64,000 bases of DNA from an uncultured Actinomycetes bacterium (GTDB taxonomy: Bacteria; Actinomycetota; Thermoleophilia; Gaiellales; JAICJC01), in the NCBI GenBank assembly GCA_963732075.1, contig CAVSYD010000003.1, positions 1,017,770 through 1,081,769 on the forward strand, read 5' to 3'. Shown here piece after piece: positions 10,288 through 19,678 of the stretch. A model generated the notes under the pieces. The model was given only the letters and a program-made list of their open reading frames with translations. It did no database searches and was not told where the DNA came from. Both the position numbers and the translations under genes were made by a program. Each line of letters starts with the position of its first letter. The first letter of the stretch is position 1.

Positions 10288-11094
10288 CTAGACCGCCAGC
10301 CGCCGCTCGGCCCAGCGCCGCCCCACCTCGGCGAACACCACCAGCGTCATCGAGAACGCGATCACCACCGCTCCGGTCGCGATCACCTCGGGCACCAGCG
10401 CCGCCGCGCGCGTGCCCGAGTACAGGAACACCGGGTAGGTCGGCGACCCGGCCGGGGCGAGGAAGTACGCGATGGCGAACTCGTCGAAGCTGATGGTGAA
10501 CGCGATCAGGAAGCTCGAGACGAGCGCGGGCGCGAGCAGCGGGAGCGTCACCCGCACGAACGCCTCGAGCTCGTTCGCCCCCAGGTCTCGCGCGGCCTCG
10601 ACGATCGACTGCTCGAGCGTCCGCAGGCGGGGCAGGATGACCAGCACGGCGTAGGGCAGCGAGATCACGATGTGCCCGGCCAGCACCGCCTCCAGGGACG
10701 CGTTGATCCCGAGCTGGTGCAGCAGGATCAGCATGCCGATCGCAAGCACCAGGTAGGGCACGACGAGCGGCAGCAGCACGAACATCGTCACGAGCGGGCG
10801 CAGGCGCAGCCGCCGCCCCGCGAGCCCGAGTGCGGCCAGGGTGCCGAGGAACGTCGCGGCGAGGCCGTTCAGCGCCGCGATCCACGCGCTGCGCTCGATG
10901 GCACCCGTCAGGTCGCCGTTCGAGAGGGCCTGGTGGAACCACTTGGTGGTGAACCCCGAGAGCGGAAGCGTCTGGATCGGGTTGTCGTTGAACGCGAAGA
11001 TCACCAGCACCACGAGCGGGACGTACAGGAAGACCACCAGCAGCAGGAAGTACCCGCTCAGGATCGTCCTGCCCAGACGGCCGACGCCGGTCAT
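10288..11094 (-). CDS. PotC-like ABC permease (second set)
   Basis: ATG 11094 overlaps the upstream stop; IVEAARDLGA, FTISFDEF. Confidence 0.9.
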   Translation of the reverse strand: MTGVGRLGRTILSGYFLLLVVFLYVPLVVLVIFAFNDNPIQTLPLSGFTTKWFHQALSNGDLTGAIERSAWIAALNGLAATFLGTLAALGLAGRRLRLRPLVTMFVLLPLVVPYLVLAIGMLILLHQLGINASLEAVLAGHIVISLPYAVLVILPRLRTLEQSIVEAARDLGANELEAFVRVTLPLLAPALVSSFLIAFTISFDEFAIAYFLAPAGSPTYPVFLYSGTRAAALVPEVIATGAVVIAFSMTLVVFAEVGRRWAERRLAV

Positions 11095-11996
11095 CGCGGC
11101 GACTCCCGCAGGTCGGTGTTGAGGAAGCGGCCGAACACGAGCAGCATCACGACCACGACGGCGACCAGCCACAGCGCCAGCACCGCCCCGTAGTTCCAGT
11201 TCGACGACTCGCCGAAGAACTGCTGGATCGCGTTTCCGAACATGTAGCTCGACGGCCCTCCCACCAGAAGCGGCGTGATGAACTCACCCGTCGTCGGGAT
11301 GAGGACGAACACGAAGCCGGCGGCGACGCCGGGGAGGCTGAGCGGGAACGTCACCCGCAGGAACGTCGACCAGCGATTCGCGCCCAGATCCTGGGCCGCC
11401 TCGATCAGGTGCCGGTCGAGGTTCTCGAGCACCACGAACATCGGCAGCGCGACGAACGGGACCCACGAGTAGAACAGCACCAGCCCGACCGAGAAGCGAG
11501 TGTTGATCAGCCACGAGATCGCATCCCCCTGCGGCCGCAGGTGCAGCTCCCAGAGCAGCGAGTTGATCACGCCGTCGTTGTTCAGCATCACCTGCCACGC
11601 GATCACGCGCAGCAGATAGCTGGTGAAGAACGGCGCCAGCAGGATCATCAGCAGCGTGTAGCGGCGGCGCTGGACGCAGAACGCCAGAAAGTACGCCACC
11701 GGGTAGGCACCGATGACGGCGACCACGGAGACCGTCAGCGTGATCACCATCGACGACTTGAACAGATCCCAGAACACGTTGGAACCCGGCGGCAGGAAGT
11801 CCTTCCAGTCGGCGGTCGAGAAGGCCGTCGGCGCGAACGGGATGTTCGTCTGGAGGTTGACGCTGTAGAGCCCGATCAGGACGATCGGGCCGATGAGCAG
11901 CGCCAGCACGTAGACGACCGGCGGCAGCGTGAGCCACGCCGATCCAGGCCGGTACCGCCGGCGCGAGCCGACGGCGCCGGCCTGGCGCTCAGCCAT
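11091..11996 (-). CDS. PotB-like ABC permease (second set)
   Basis: LIEAAQDLGA, TSYLLRVIAW. Confidence 0.9.
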   Translation of the reverse strand: MAERQAGAVGSRRRYRPGSAWLTLPPVVYVLALLIGPIVLIGLYSVNLQTNIPFAPTAFSTADWKDFLPPGSNVFWDLFKSSMVITLTVSVVAVIGAYPVAYFLAFCVQRRRYTLLMILLAPFFTSYLLRVIAWQVMLNNDGVINSLLWELHLRPQGDAISWLINTRFSVGLVLFYSWVPFVALPMFVVLENLDRHLIEAAQDLGANRWSTFLRVTFPLSLPGVAAGFVFVLIPTTGEFITPLLVGGPSSYMFGNAIQQFFGESSNWNYGAVLALWLVAVVVVMLLVFGRFLNTDLRESPR

Positions 11997-12019
11997 TGCT
12001 CAGAACCCCGGGCGCCCGG

Positions 12020-13171
12020 TCAGGCCGCCTGGACCTCTGACCAAGCGAGCTCGTACTGCGACCGGTTCTTCTCCCAGCTCTGAAGGTGGACGTCCGGTGC
12101 GGCGATCGCGTGCGGGTTGCCCAGGTCGAGCGACTTGGCGAGCGCCTGATCCTTGATGTCGGACACGAGCACCTTGGTGTTCGACGTCCCGTAGTAGTAC
12201 AGGTTCGTCATCTGCGCGCAGGCCTTCTGGTTGATGAAGGACTCCACGTACTTGTGGTCGTGGTAATAGTTCTTCGTGTTCTTGCCCAGCATGAACCCGC
12301 AGAACCAGCTCAGCCGCCCCTGCGAGGGGTTCATGTAGTTCACGTCGAGCCCGGCCGCCTGCATCGAGACGTACGCGTCCTGCCAGGAGTACGTGATCCA
12401 GATGTCGCCCGACTTGAACGCGGGCTGCATCCCGCCGGCCCCGTACTCGCTCGACCAGTAGAACTTGTTCAGCGGCTTCTGCGCGATGAGCTTGTTCTTG
12501 GCCTGGTTCAGCTGATCCGAGTTCATGTTGTCCATCTCGGGGAAGCCGAGCAGGAGCGCCGTGTACTCGAGGTTCGACGCGCTGCCGTTCCAGACCGAGA
12601 TCTTGCCGGAGTACTTCGGGTTCCAGAAGAGCTCCCAGCCCTTCGCGTCGGCCGGATCGATCTTGTCCGCGCGGTAGAGCACGCTCGCGTAGCCCCAGTC
12701 CCACGGGATCATGTACTGCTGGCCGTTGACCTGACCCTGCTTGACCAGGTAGGGGTTGAGCTCGGAGAAGCTGGGCAGAAGCGACGTGTCGAACGGCTGC
12801 ACGAGGCCGCGGCTGACGTAGTCGGGGATGTTCTCGTGGCAGGGGTGCATCAGGTCGAACTCGACACCGGAGCTCGCCTTCTGCAGCGCCTGATCGTCGT
12901 TCGTGATGTAGGTGTACGTGATGTCGGTGCCGTAGGCGCTCGTGTAGTCCTTGCCGGCGATCATGCCGTAGGTCTGCGCCTTCGTGCCGGCGGCCTCATA
13001 CCCGGCCCACTCGAGAATGTTGAGGTTGCCCGACTCCTTGCCGATGGGCGGCCGCTTGACGGCCGCCGACGACCCGCCCGAGCTCGACGATGACCCGCAT
13101 CCTGCCAGGATGACAGCACCGCCCAGCCCTGCCGCCCCTTTCAGAAAATCACGACGATCCATCGCGCGCAT
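12020..13171 (-). CDS. PotD/PotF-like substrate-binding lipoprotein (second set), Tat signal
   Basis: DRRDFLK Tat motif, LAGC lipobox, ILEWAGYE, IPWDWG. Confidence 0.85.
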   Translation of the reverse strand: MRAMDRRDFLKGAAGLGGAVILAGCGSSSSSGGSSAAVKRPPIGKESGNLNILEWAGYEAAGTKAQTYGMIAGKDYTSAYGTDITYTYITNDDQALQKASSGVEFDLMHPCHENIPDYVSRGLVQPFDTSLLPSFSELNPYLVKQGQVNGQQYMIPWDWGYASVLYRADKIDPADAKGWELFWNPKYSGKISVWNGSASNLEYTALLLGFPEMDNMNSDQLNQAKNKLIAQKPLNKFYWSSEYGAGGMQPAFKSGDIWITYSWQDAYVSMQAAGLDVNYMNPSQGRLSWFCGFMLGKNTKNYYHDHKYVESFINQKACAQMTNLYYYGTSNTKVLVSDIKDQALAKSLDLGNPHAIAAPDVHLQSWEKNRSQYELAWSEVQAA

Positions 13172-13241
13172 CGGTTTCCGCCTTCCCTTTGGACGTGGGA
13201 GACGAATCTAGCGATAATCGGGGTGCGAGTCCACTCGGCCG

Positions 13242-13814
13242 ATGAGATTCCGTCCGGTCCGCCACACCCCCGCACTGCTGCTGGGTGCATTCGCACTCGG
13301 CGCGGCCGCGTGCGGGAGCTCGGGCCAGTCCGCGCCCGCCGCGCCACCTCCCCCTGTGCTCTCGGCAGCGGCGGTCGCCTACCTGCCGAGCACCGAGCAC
13401 CGCCTGACCGCGGCCGGTCTGGCGCGTGAGATCCGGCGTCCGTCGCTCGTCGCCGCCCTCTCCAGGTGGGGGTTCACGGCGGGAGCCGAGCGCAGCTTCC
13501 AGGGCGAGTCACACCGCCTCACGGTGGTCGACTCGCGCACGCTCGACTTCAGGACGGCGGCGGGGGCGCGGGCGTTCGTGGGCTTCGTGCACGGGCATGT
13601 GGCGGCCTACCTGGGCGTGTACCCCACGGTGCGAAGGACGGAGGCTGGAGGCCGGTCGGGGTGGGTCTTCCGCGCCCAGAGCTGCGCCTGCCCGGGTGCC
13701 ACCGCGCTGTGGCTGGGAGTCGCGAGCGCCGGCCGCCGCGTCACCTGGCTCGAGATCAACGGCCCCGCGGCCACGGCCGCCAGCCTTGCTGCGCTCGAGG
13801 CCCGCGCGCCGTGA
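13242..13814 (+). CDS. Hypothetical lipoprotein
   Basis: Signal-like segment ending AAACG; 190 aa. Confidence 0.6.
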   Translation: MRFRPVRHTPALLLGAFALGAAACGSSGQSAPAAPPPPVLSAAAVAYLPSTEHRLTAAGLAREIRRPSLVAALSRWGFTAGAERSFQGESHRLTVVDSRTLDFRTAAGARAFVGFVHGHVAAYLGVYPTVRRTEAGGRSGWVFRAQSCACPGATALWLGVASAGRRVTWLEINGPAATAASLAALEARAP

Positions 13815-15368
13815 TCAGTGCGGGCGGCCGACCAGGACGCCGCCGCCGAACAGGCCGACGTAGATGCGGTAGTCCCTCGATACCGCCAGGTCGGTGGGCG
13901 TGATGCAAGCCGAGCGGAAGTAGTCGCTGGCCACGTCGAGGCCGTTCACCAGCATCTGGCGCGGGTTGGACAGCACGACCTGATGACGGCCGCGCGTGAG
14001 CGACGGAGCGCCGAACGCCGGAAGCGCGGCCGCGTCGGACACCCGCACGCAGGTGCGCCAGTGGTCGAGGGTGTGGATCCCGGTCCAGTCGGTGTCGGTC
14101 GCCCACCCCTCACCCGGGCGGGGGCCGGCCTGCACCAGATTGATCTCGGAGCCGTCGAGCCCGTTCATCGCCGGCTGCCAGGTGGCGCCGCCGTCGCGGG
14201 TCGCGACCACGCCGCTGCGGCCGGCGGAATAGCAGATGTTGGCGTTCGCAGGATCGACGGCGAGCTGGCTCACCGAATACCCGTCCTTTCCGAGGCCCGG
14301 CCATGACGACCCGAGCCACCAGTGGCGATCGCCGCCCAGCACGGTGTCGCTCACATGCTCGGGCGTCGTCTTCCACACGAAGGTGCGGCCGGCGTCGCGT
14401 GACCGGGCGATGTAGCGGTGATCGGTCATCCCGATGCCGTTGCCGACCCAGAGCACGCCGCTGTGACCCGCCAGCGAGGACAGGTGGCAGCCGTGGAAGG
14501 AGCCCGGCGAGAGGGGGGTCCAGCCCTGGCCGGCGGTGACCCGGCAGAGGCCGTACGGCCCGCAGGCGGCGTACACCACGCCGTCGACGACGCCGATGTC
14601 CTCCACGACGGCGGGGGCGGAGGACTCGAGGGCGACGCTCGCGGTGCCGCGTGGATTCGTGATGCGCCACACCATCGATCCGCCGGTGTAGCTGGTGCGG
14701 AAGCTCGCGGCGAGCAGCGAGCCGTCCGGGCACACGCACAGTGCCGCCCACGCAGCGTAGGGCTGTGCGGCGGGGAGCCCGAGTTCGGTGAAGGTGGCGC
14801 CGCCGTCGGTCGAGCGCACCAGTCCCTGGCGCGCCAGCGCGTAGAGATACTCAACCCCGCTGCCCGCGTCGTGGTCGACCGCGATCAGGTTTCCGGCCGC
14901 CCGCGGCAGGAGGTGGGCGCTCCCGTCGGGCAGGTTGCTCGAGAACGAGATCCGCTCGTTCCGGCGCTGCAGGCGCAACGACCGCGGTCCGACCGCGCCC
15001 AGATAGCCCTGGTCCGGGTCGAGGCTCTCGAGCACGCCGATGCCGAAGTAGCGCAGCCCGGGGACGCGCGTCGAATAGGCGACCGCGCGACCGTAGATCG
15101 CGCCGATCGACGTTGCACCGATCATGGTCGGGAACCAGAGCGCGCCGCCGTTGTCGGTTGTGAATTCGCCCCACACGTCCCCCGCCGCAGCGGCGTGCCC
15201 GGGCCGGAGCGGATCGGTGGCCATGGCGTTGCAGTACCCGCCACCGGCCATCGCCCCCTTGTGCCAGTGGTACGGCGGTTGCGCGGCCGCGCGGCCGCAT
15301 GCGGCCGCGAGCATGTTCACCCCGCCCAGCACGCTGACCGCGCCCACCAGGGCCTGTCGCCGGTTCAT
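13815..15368 (-). CDS. Tat-exported BNR/Asp-box beta-propeller protein, GH74-like
   Basis: MNRRQAL...LAAAC; GGGYCNAM; Asp-boxes TTDNGGALW, STDGGATF, SRDAGRTF, TRDGGATW. Confidence 0.7.
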   Translation of the reverse strand: MNRRQALVGAVSVLGGVNMLAAACGRAAAQPPYHWHKGAMAGGGYCNAMATDPLRPGHAAAAGDVWGEFTTDNGGALWFPTMIGATSIGAIYGRAVAYSTRVPGLRYFGIGVLESLDPDQGYLGAVGPRSLRLQRRNERISFSSNLPDGSAHLLPRAAGNLIAVDHDAGSGVEYLYALARQGLVRSTDGGATFTELGLPAAQPYAAWAALCVCPDGSLLAASFRTSYTGGSMVWRITNPRGTASVALESSAPAVVEDIGVVDGVVYAACGPYGLCRVTAGQGWTPLSPGSFHGCHLSSLAGHSGVLWVGNGIGMTDHRYIARSRDAGRTFVWKTTPEHVSDTVLGGDRHWWLGSSWPGLGKDGYSVSQLAVDPANANICYSAGRSGVVATRDGGATWQPAMNGLDGSEINLVQAGPRPGEGWATDTDWTGIHTLDHWRTCVRVSDAAALPAFGAPSLTRGRHQVVLSNPRQMLVNGLDVASDYFRSACITPTDLAVSRDYRIYVGLFGGGVLVGRPH

Positions 15369-15459
15369 CCTCACCGACGTCGGATCGGCGCCCGCGGGCG
15401 AATCCTTGAGTGGCCTGGCGCCCACGGCAGTAGGATCGGGCGATGGACGGCCGCAACCG

Positions 15460-16314
15460 ATGAGCGGACGGGTCTTGATCTGCGACCCCCAGCTTCCGCG
15501 GGACGTGATCGCGCACATCCTGCCGGACGCCGATGTGGGGCCCGTTGGCGACGCCGGCCCGGGCATCGCCGCGCTGCTGGTGTCGCCGGACGCCCCGGTG
15601 GCGGCGGCCGACATGGCCCGGGCGACCGATCTGCGCGTGATCGCGACCGCCAGCGTCGGCACCGACCACATCGATCTGGAGGCGGCCGCGGCGCGCGGGA
15701 TCGTGGTTCGAAACGTGCCGGACTACTGCATCGAGGAGGTGTCCGACCACTCGCTGGCGATGGTGGTGGCGCTGCGGCGGGGGCTGATCGCCGGCGACCG
15801 GTCGGTGCAGGCCGGGCGGTGGGAGTGGACCGACGTGGGCGTGCTCGGCCGCCTGACCGGGACGCGGCTGGGCGTCGTGGGCATGGGCCGCATCGGCCGC
15901 CGGATGGCCGAGCAGGCCGCCGCTCTGGGCATGGACGTGCGCTTCTCTGACCCGTTCGTCCCCGGCGGCGTGGAGCTGGATGACCTGCTGGCCTGGGCCG
16001 AGGCGGTCTCACTGCACCTGCCGCTCACCGACGAGACGCGCGGGCTGATCGACGCCCGCAGGCTGGCGCTCATGCGCCCCGGCGCGATCCTCGTCAACAC
16101 CGCCCGCGGCAGCATCGTCGACCGGGCCGCCCTGCGGGAGGCCCGCCACGTGCGGGCGGCGTTCGACAACGTCTGGGAGCGGCCCCCGGCGGCCGACCTG
16201 CTCGGGCTCGGGCACCTCACCATGACGCCGTACGTGGCCTGGTACTCGGAGGGCAACGAGTTCGAGCCCTTCCTGCGCGCCGCGCAGGCGCTGGCCGACG
16301 AGCTCGGCGGCTGA
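15460..16314 (+). CDS. D-isomer-specific 2-hydroxyacid dehydrogenase
   Basis: SVGTDHID, GMGRIG, SLHLPLTDET, VNTARG. Confidence 0.88.
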   Translation: MSGRVLICDPQLPRDVIAHILPDADVGPVGDAGPGIAALLVSPDAPVAAADMARATDLRVIATASVGTDHIDLEAAAARGIVVRNVPDYCIEEVSDHSLAMVVALRRGLIAGDRSVQAGRWEWTDVGVLGRLTGTRLGVVGMGRIGRRMAEQAAALGMDVRFSDPFVPGGVELDDLLAWAEAVSLHLPLTDETRGLIDARRLALMRPGAILVNTARGSIVDRAALREARHVRAAFDNVWERPPAADLLGLGHLTMTPYVAWYSEGNEFEPFLRAAQALADELGG

Positions 16315-17481
16315 CTACCGGCCGAGCAGGCTGCGGCTGATGATGAGCCGCTGGATGTCCGAGGTGCCCTCCTCGATCTCCTCCAGCTTCGCGTCGCGCA
16401 TCCACTTCTCGACGGGGTACTCGCGCGAGTAGCCCCAGCCGCCGAGCGTCTGCACCGCCGCCCACGTGCACCACATCGCCGCCTCCGATGCGAACAGCTT
16501 GGCCATCGCAGCCTCGGCCGGGACGTGGCGGCCGGCATCCATCGACCGCGCCGCCCGGTGGGCGAGCAGGCGGGCGGCGTCGATGCGGGTCGCCATGTCG
16601 GCCAGTCGGAAGCCCACCGCCTGGTGCTGGCCGATCGGCTTGCCGAACGCCTCGCGCTCACGGGCGTAGTCGGTGGCGTACTCGAGCGCGGCCCGGGCGA
16701 TCCCAATCGCCCCGGCCGCCAGGTGCACGCGCGACTCGTCGAAGGTGTGCATCAGGCTGTAGAAGCCCTTGCCCTCCTCGCCGAGCAGCCGGTCGGCGGG
16801 CAGGTCGACGTCCTGCAGAAACACCTCGGTCGAGACGATCGCGCGCTGGCCGAGCTTTCGCATCGGCTCCCCGAACGAGACGCCGGGGTCGCTCTTCTCG
16901 ACGACGAAGGTGGTGACGCCGCGCGATCCGGTGCCGGGCGCGACCGTCGCAAAGATGACGTAGAACTCGGCCAGGCCGCCGTTCGAGATCCAGGTCTTCT
17001 GCCCGTTCAGGCGGTGGCCGGTGCCGGTGCGGGTGGCCGTCGTGGTCATGGCGGCGGTGTCCGAGCCGATCCCCGGCTCGGTCGAGGCGAGTGCGGTCAG
17101 GGGCGGGCGCGGTCCGCAGAGCGGCCGCAGCCAGCGCTCGCGCTGCTGCGGGGTGCCGACCTCGAGCAGCGGCCGGGCGAAGAAGCCGGCCGACGTGATC
17201 AGGTTGCCGATGCCGGCGCAACCCCAGTTCAGCTCCTCCTGCACGATGCAGCCCGTGAGCACATCGCCGATCCCGCCGCCGCCGACCTCCTCGGGCAGCA
17301 TGAACGAGGTCAGCCCGACCTCGGCCGCCCTGGCCACCACATCGACCGGCGAGACGATGTCGGCCTCGTCGACGGCGGCGGCGATGGGCCGGATCTCGGC
17401 GCGGGCAAAGTCGCGCGCGAGCGCCTGGATCTCGCGCTGCTCGTCGGTCAGGTCAGCGGGTGCCGGAGTGGGTGCGGCCAT
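16315..17481 (-). CDS. Acyl-CoA dehydrogenase
   Basis: ASTEPGIGSD, LNGQKTWISNG, QTLGGWGY, EIEEGTSDIQR. Confidence 0.93.
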   Translation of the reverse strand: MAAPTPAPADLTDEQREIQALARDFARAEIRPIAAAVDEADIVSPVDVVARAAEVGLTSFMLPEEVGGGGIGDVLTGCIVQEELNWGCAGIGNLITSAGFFARPLLEVGTPQQRERWLRPLCGPRPPLTALASTEPGIGSDTAAMTTTATRTGTGHRLNGQKTWISNGGLAEFYVIFATVAPGTGSRGVTTFVVEKSDPGVSFGEPMRKLGQRAIVSTEVFLQDVDLPADRLLGEEGKGFYSLMHTFDESRVHLAAGAIGIARAALEYATDYAREREAFGKPIGQHQAVGFRLADMATRIDAARLLAHRAARSMDAGRHVPAEAAMAKLFASEAAMWCTWAAVQTLGGWGYSREYPVEKWMRDAKLEEIEEGTSDIQRLIISRSLLGR

Positions 17482-17572
17482 CGGCCGCCAAGCGTATCCC
17501 AGCGCCGTGCCGCGCGGCTCGGTGGGCGCCCGGGGCACGCCGATGCCCGGCAGTAGAATGGCCCGGCCTCCC

Positions 17573-17661
17573 GGAGGGGTGGCAGAGTGGTTGAATGCGG
17601 CGGTCTCGAAAACCGTTGTGCGTCGTTAGGCGTACCGAGGGTTCGAATCCCTCCCCCTCCG
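17573..17661 (+). tRNA. tRNA-Ser (anticodon CGA)
   Basis: GGAGGGG/CCCCTCC acceptor stem, GCGGT-CTCGAAA-ACCGT anticodon arm, long variable arm, GTTCGAATC; upstream TAGAAT -10. Confidence 0.95.
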
Positions 17662-17795
17662 CTCCTAGACACGATTTTGGGTCTGGCACCCGATTTCGGG
17701 CCACGACCGGTGATCCGCGGCTTCACGTTTCGCGGGTCGCCGAGTGGAGCGTGCCTGTCGTATCTTGACCGGATGGTCTGTATGCAGGCGGCGGG

Positions 17796-18188
17796 CTACC
17801 CCGTCGTGACGCCGCGTTGTTCCAGAAGCTCAAGAAGTCGTCGTTGAGTGGGCCTGGTGCACCAGAAGATCACGGAGCGGTGATCGCCGCCGGCTATTCC
17901 GTTCAGGATGACACCTCGGGTCATTGTCGTTCCGCCGGTAGGCCGCGCCCGCGAGCCCTCAACGGTGATCTCGACTATCGGGAACAATCGTCCGAAAAGC
18001 CGTTGCATCCATCTGTAGCGGAGTCGGACTCGGATCGAGGTTTCGTCCACGACCAGCTCCGCGAGCGGGACAGTTGCGTTCGCGCAGTCCATATCCCAAG
18101 ACCATCCTTCGAGCGTGCGCCCCCGCAACGAGACTCTCATCCCGCCGATGAAACGCTGTTGCCTCGTCGACAGTCGAGATGCGCTCAT
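17796..18188 (-). CDS. Hypothetical protein (~130 aa) with atypical codon usage
   Basis: ORF with plausible composition directly downstream of tRNA-Ser; start uncertain. Confidence 0.5.
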   Translation of the reverse strand: MSASRLSTRQQRFIGGMRVSLRGRTLEGWSWDMDCANATVPLAELVVDETSIRVRLRYRWMQRLFGRLFPIVEITVEGSRARPTGGTTMTRGVILNGIAGGDHRSVIFWCTRPTQRRLLELLEQRGVTTG

Positions 18189-18241
18189 CAACCCCATTGT
18201 GCTGCCTACGGGGCGAGCTCGCCAGATGAAACGGCTGGGGT

Positions 18242-18286
18242 TTGACAACGTCTCCCGCGCCGCCCTAAGATCAACCGATCGGTTGA
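18242..18286 (+). promoter_or_regulatory. Sigma70-type promoter (TTGACA-N18-TAAGAT) overlapped by the perfect palindrome TCAACCGATCGGTTGA, candidate ArsR operator
   Basis: -35 at 18242-18247, -10 at 18266-18271, palindrome at 18271-18286, upstream of an ArsR-containing operon. Confidence 0.75.
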
Positions 18287-18308
18287 ATGACGATCGGAGG
18301 GGGACATC

Positions 18309-18842
18309 GTGGGACGGATCGTGGCGGTCGAATACCTGACGCTCGACGGTGTCTTCGAGAACCCGGCCTGGACGCAGCCGTACTTCGACGGGACGGTGGC
18401 CGCCTTCCAGGGTGACGCCATGCGGTGGGCCGACGCGCTGCTCCTCGGGCGGGTCACCTACGACGGCATGAGCCAGGCCTGGCCCGCGATGGGCGACGAC
18501 CCGGCGACCGGCGGCGACATCATGAACTCGATCGCCAAGTACGTGCCCACCTCGACGCTCACCGAGCCGACCTGGAATACGACGTTTCTGTCCGGCGACG
18601 TCGTCGATGTGGTCACCGACCTCAGGGCGGGGAGCGAGAACCTCGTCATCTACGGCAGCGGGCAGCTGAGCGAGACGCTGCGCGCCGCGGGGCTTATCGA
18701 CGAGTACCGGCTGCTGATCTGCCCGATCGTGCTCGGCGCGGGGCGCAGGCTGTTCACCGGCGCCGCCCCGGGTCAGTTCACGGTCACCGATAGCAGTACC
18801 GCAGCGTCCGGCATGATGCTGCTCACGCTCGCCACGGCCTGA
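18309..18842 (+). CDS. Dihydrofolate reductase-like (RibD C-terminal) protein
   Basis: LTLDGV, LLLGRVTY, YGSGQL, LIDEYRLLICPIVLGAG. Confidence 0.88.
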   Translation: MGRIVAVEYLTLDGVFENPAWTQPYFDGTVAAFQGDAMRWADALLLGRVTYDGMSQAWPAMGDDPATGGDIMNSIAKYVPTSTLTEPTWNTTFLSGDVVDVVTDLRAGSENLVIYGSGQLSETLRAAGLIDEYRLLICPIVLGAGRRLFTGAAPGQFTVTDSSTAASGMMLLTLATA

Positions 18843-19215
18843 TGCCTCCTGTCGGTGAGGACGCCGCCCTCAGCAGCACCTTCGGGGCGCTGGCCGACCC
18901 GACCCGGCGGGCCATCCTCGGACGCCTCGCCGAGGGGGACGCCGCGGTGAACGAGCTCGCCGCGCTCTTTCCCGCCATCTCGCTGCAGGCGGTCAGCAAG
19001 CACCTCGGCGTGCTCGAGCGGGCGGGCCTGGTGACGCGCGGACGCAGCGCTCGGCAGCGCCCGGCGCACCTGCGCGCCGAACCGATCGCCGAGGCCACGG
19101 CCTGGCTCGCGCACTACCAGCGCTTCTACGGGGGTCGCTGGACCGCCTGGGTGAGCACCTGGCCCGCCTGCAGGCGGCCGCGCCGGAAGCCGATCCCGAG
19201 CTGGATGGATCCTGA
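18842..19215 (+). CDS. ArsR/SmtB family regulator (one indel near 19130)
   Basis: FGALADPTRRAIL...SLQAVSKHLGVLERAGLV; shifted frame continues SLDRLGEHL to TGA 19213-19215. Confidence 0.85.
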
Positions 19216-19217
19216 TC

Positions 19218-19655
19218 GTGGTGGAACTGGAGTTCGTCCGCACCTACGCCGCGCCGCGCCAGCTCGTCTGGGACGCCTGGACCGACCCCGACCAGATCGC
19301 GCAGTGGTGGGGCCCGCGGGGCGTCAGCACCCCTCGGGAGTCAATCGAAGTCGACCTGCGCCCAGGTGGCCGGATGCGCTTCGACATGGTCGACGACGCG
19401 ACCGGTGCGCGGTACCCGAACAGCGGCACGATCCTCGAAGTCGACCCACCCACCAGGATCGTATGGACCGACGACGGCTTCCAGGACGGTACCGGCAACG
19501 GCACGGCAACCGTCACGTTCACCGCGGTCGACGAGGCCACGACCACACTGCGGATACACATCGTGGCGGACTTCTCCGACACCGTGCGAGCGGGCGCCGA
19601 GAAGGGCTGGGGAAGCCAGCTGGACAAGCTCGCGGAGTTCCTCGCCGCCGCCTGA
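19218..19655 (+). CDS. SRPBCC/AHSA1 domain protein
   Basis: APRQLVWDAWTDPDQIAQWWGP...GWGSQLDKL. Confidence 0.88.
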   Translation: MVELEFVRTYAAPRQLVWDAWTDPDQIAQWWGPRGVSTPRESIEVDLRPGGRMRFDMVDDATGARYPNSGTILEVDPPTRIVWTDDGFQDGTGNGTATVTFTAVDEATTTLRIHIVADFSDTVRAGAEKGWGSQLDKLAEFLAAA

Positions 19656-19678
19656 GCTGCGAACGCCGCCCGGTCGAC

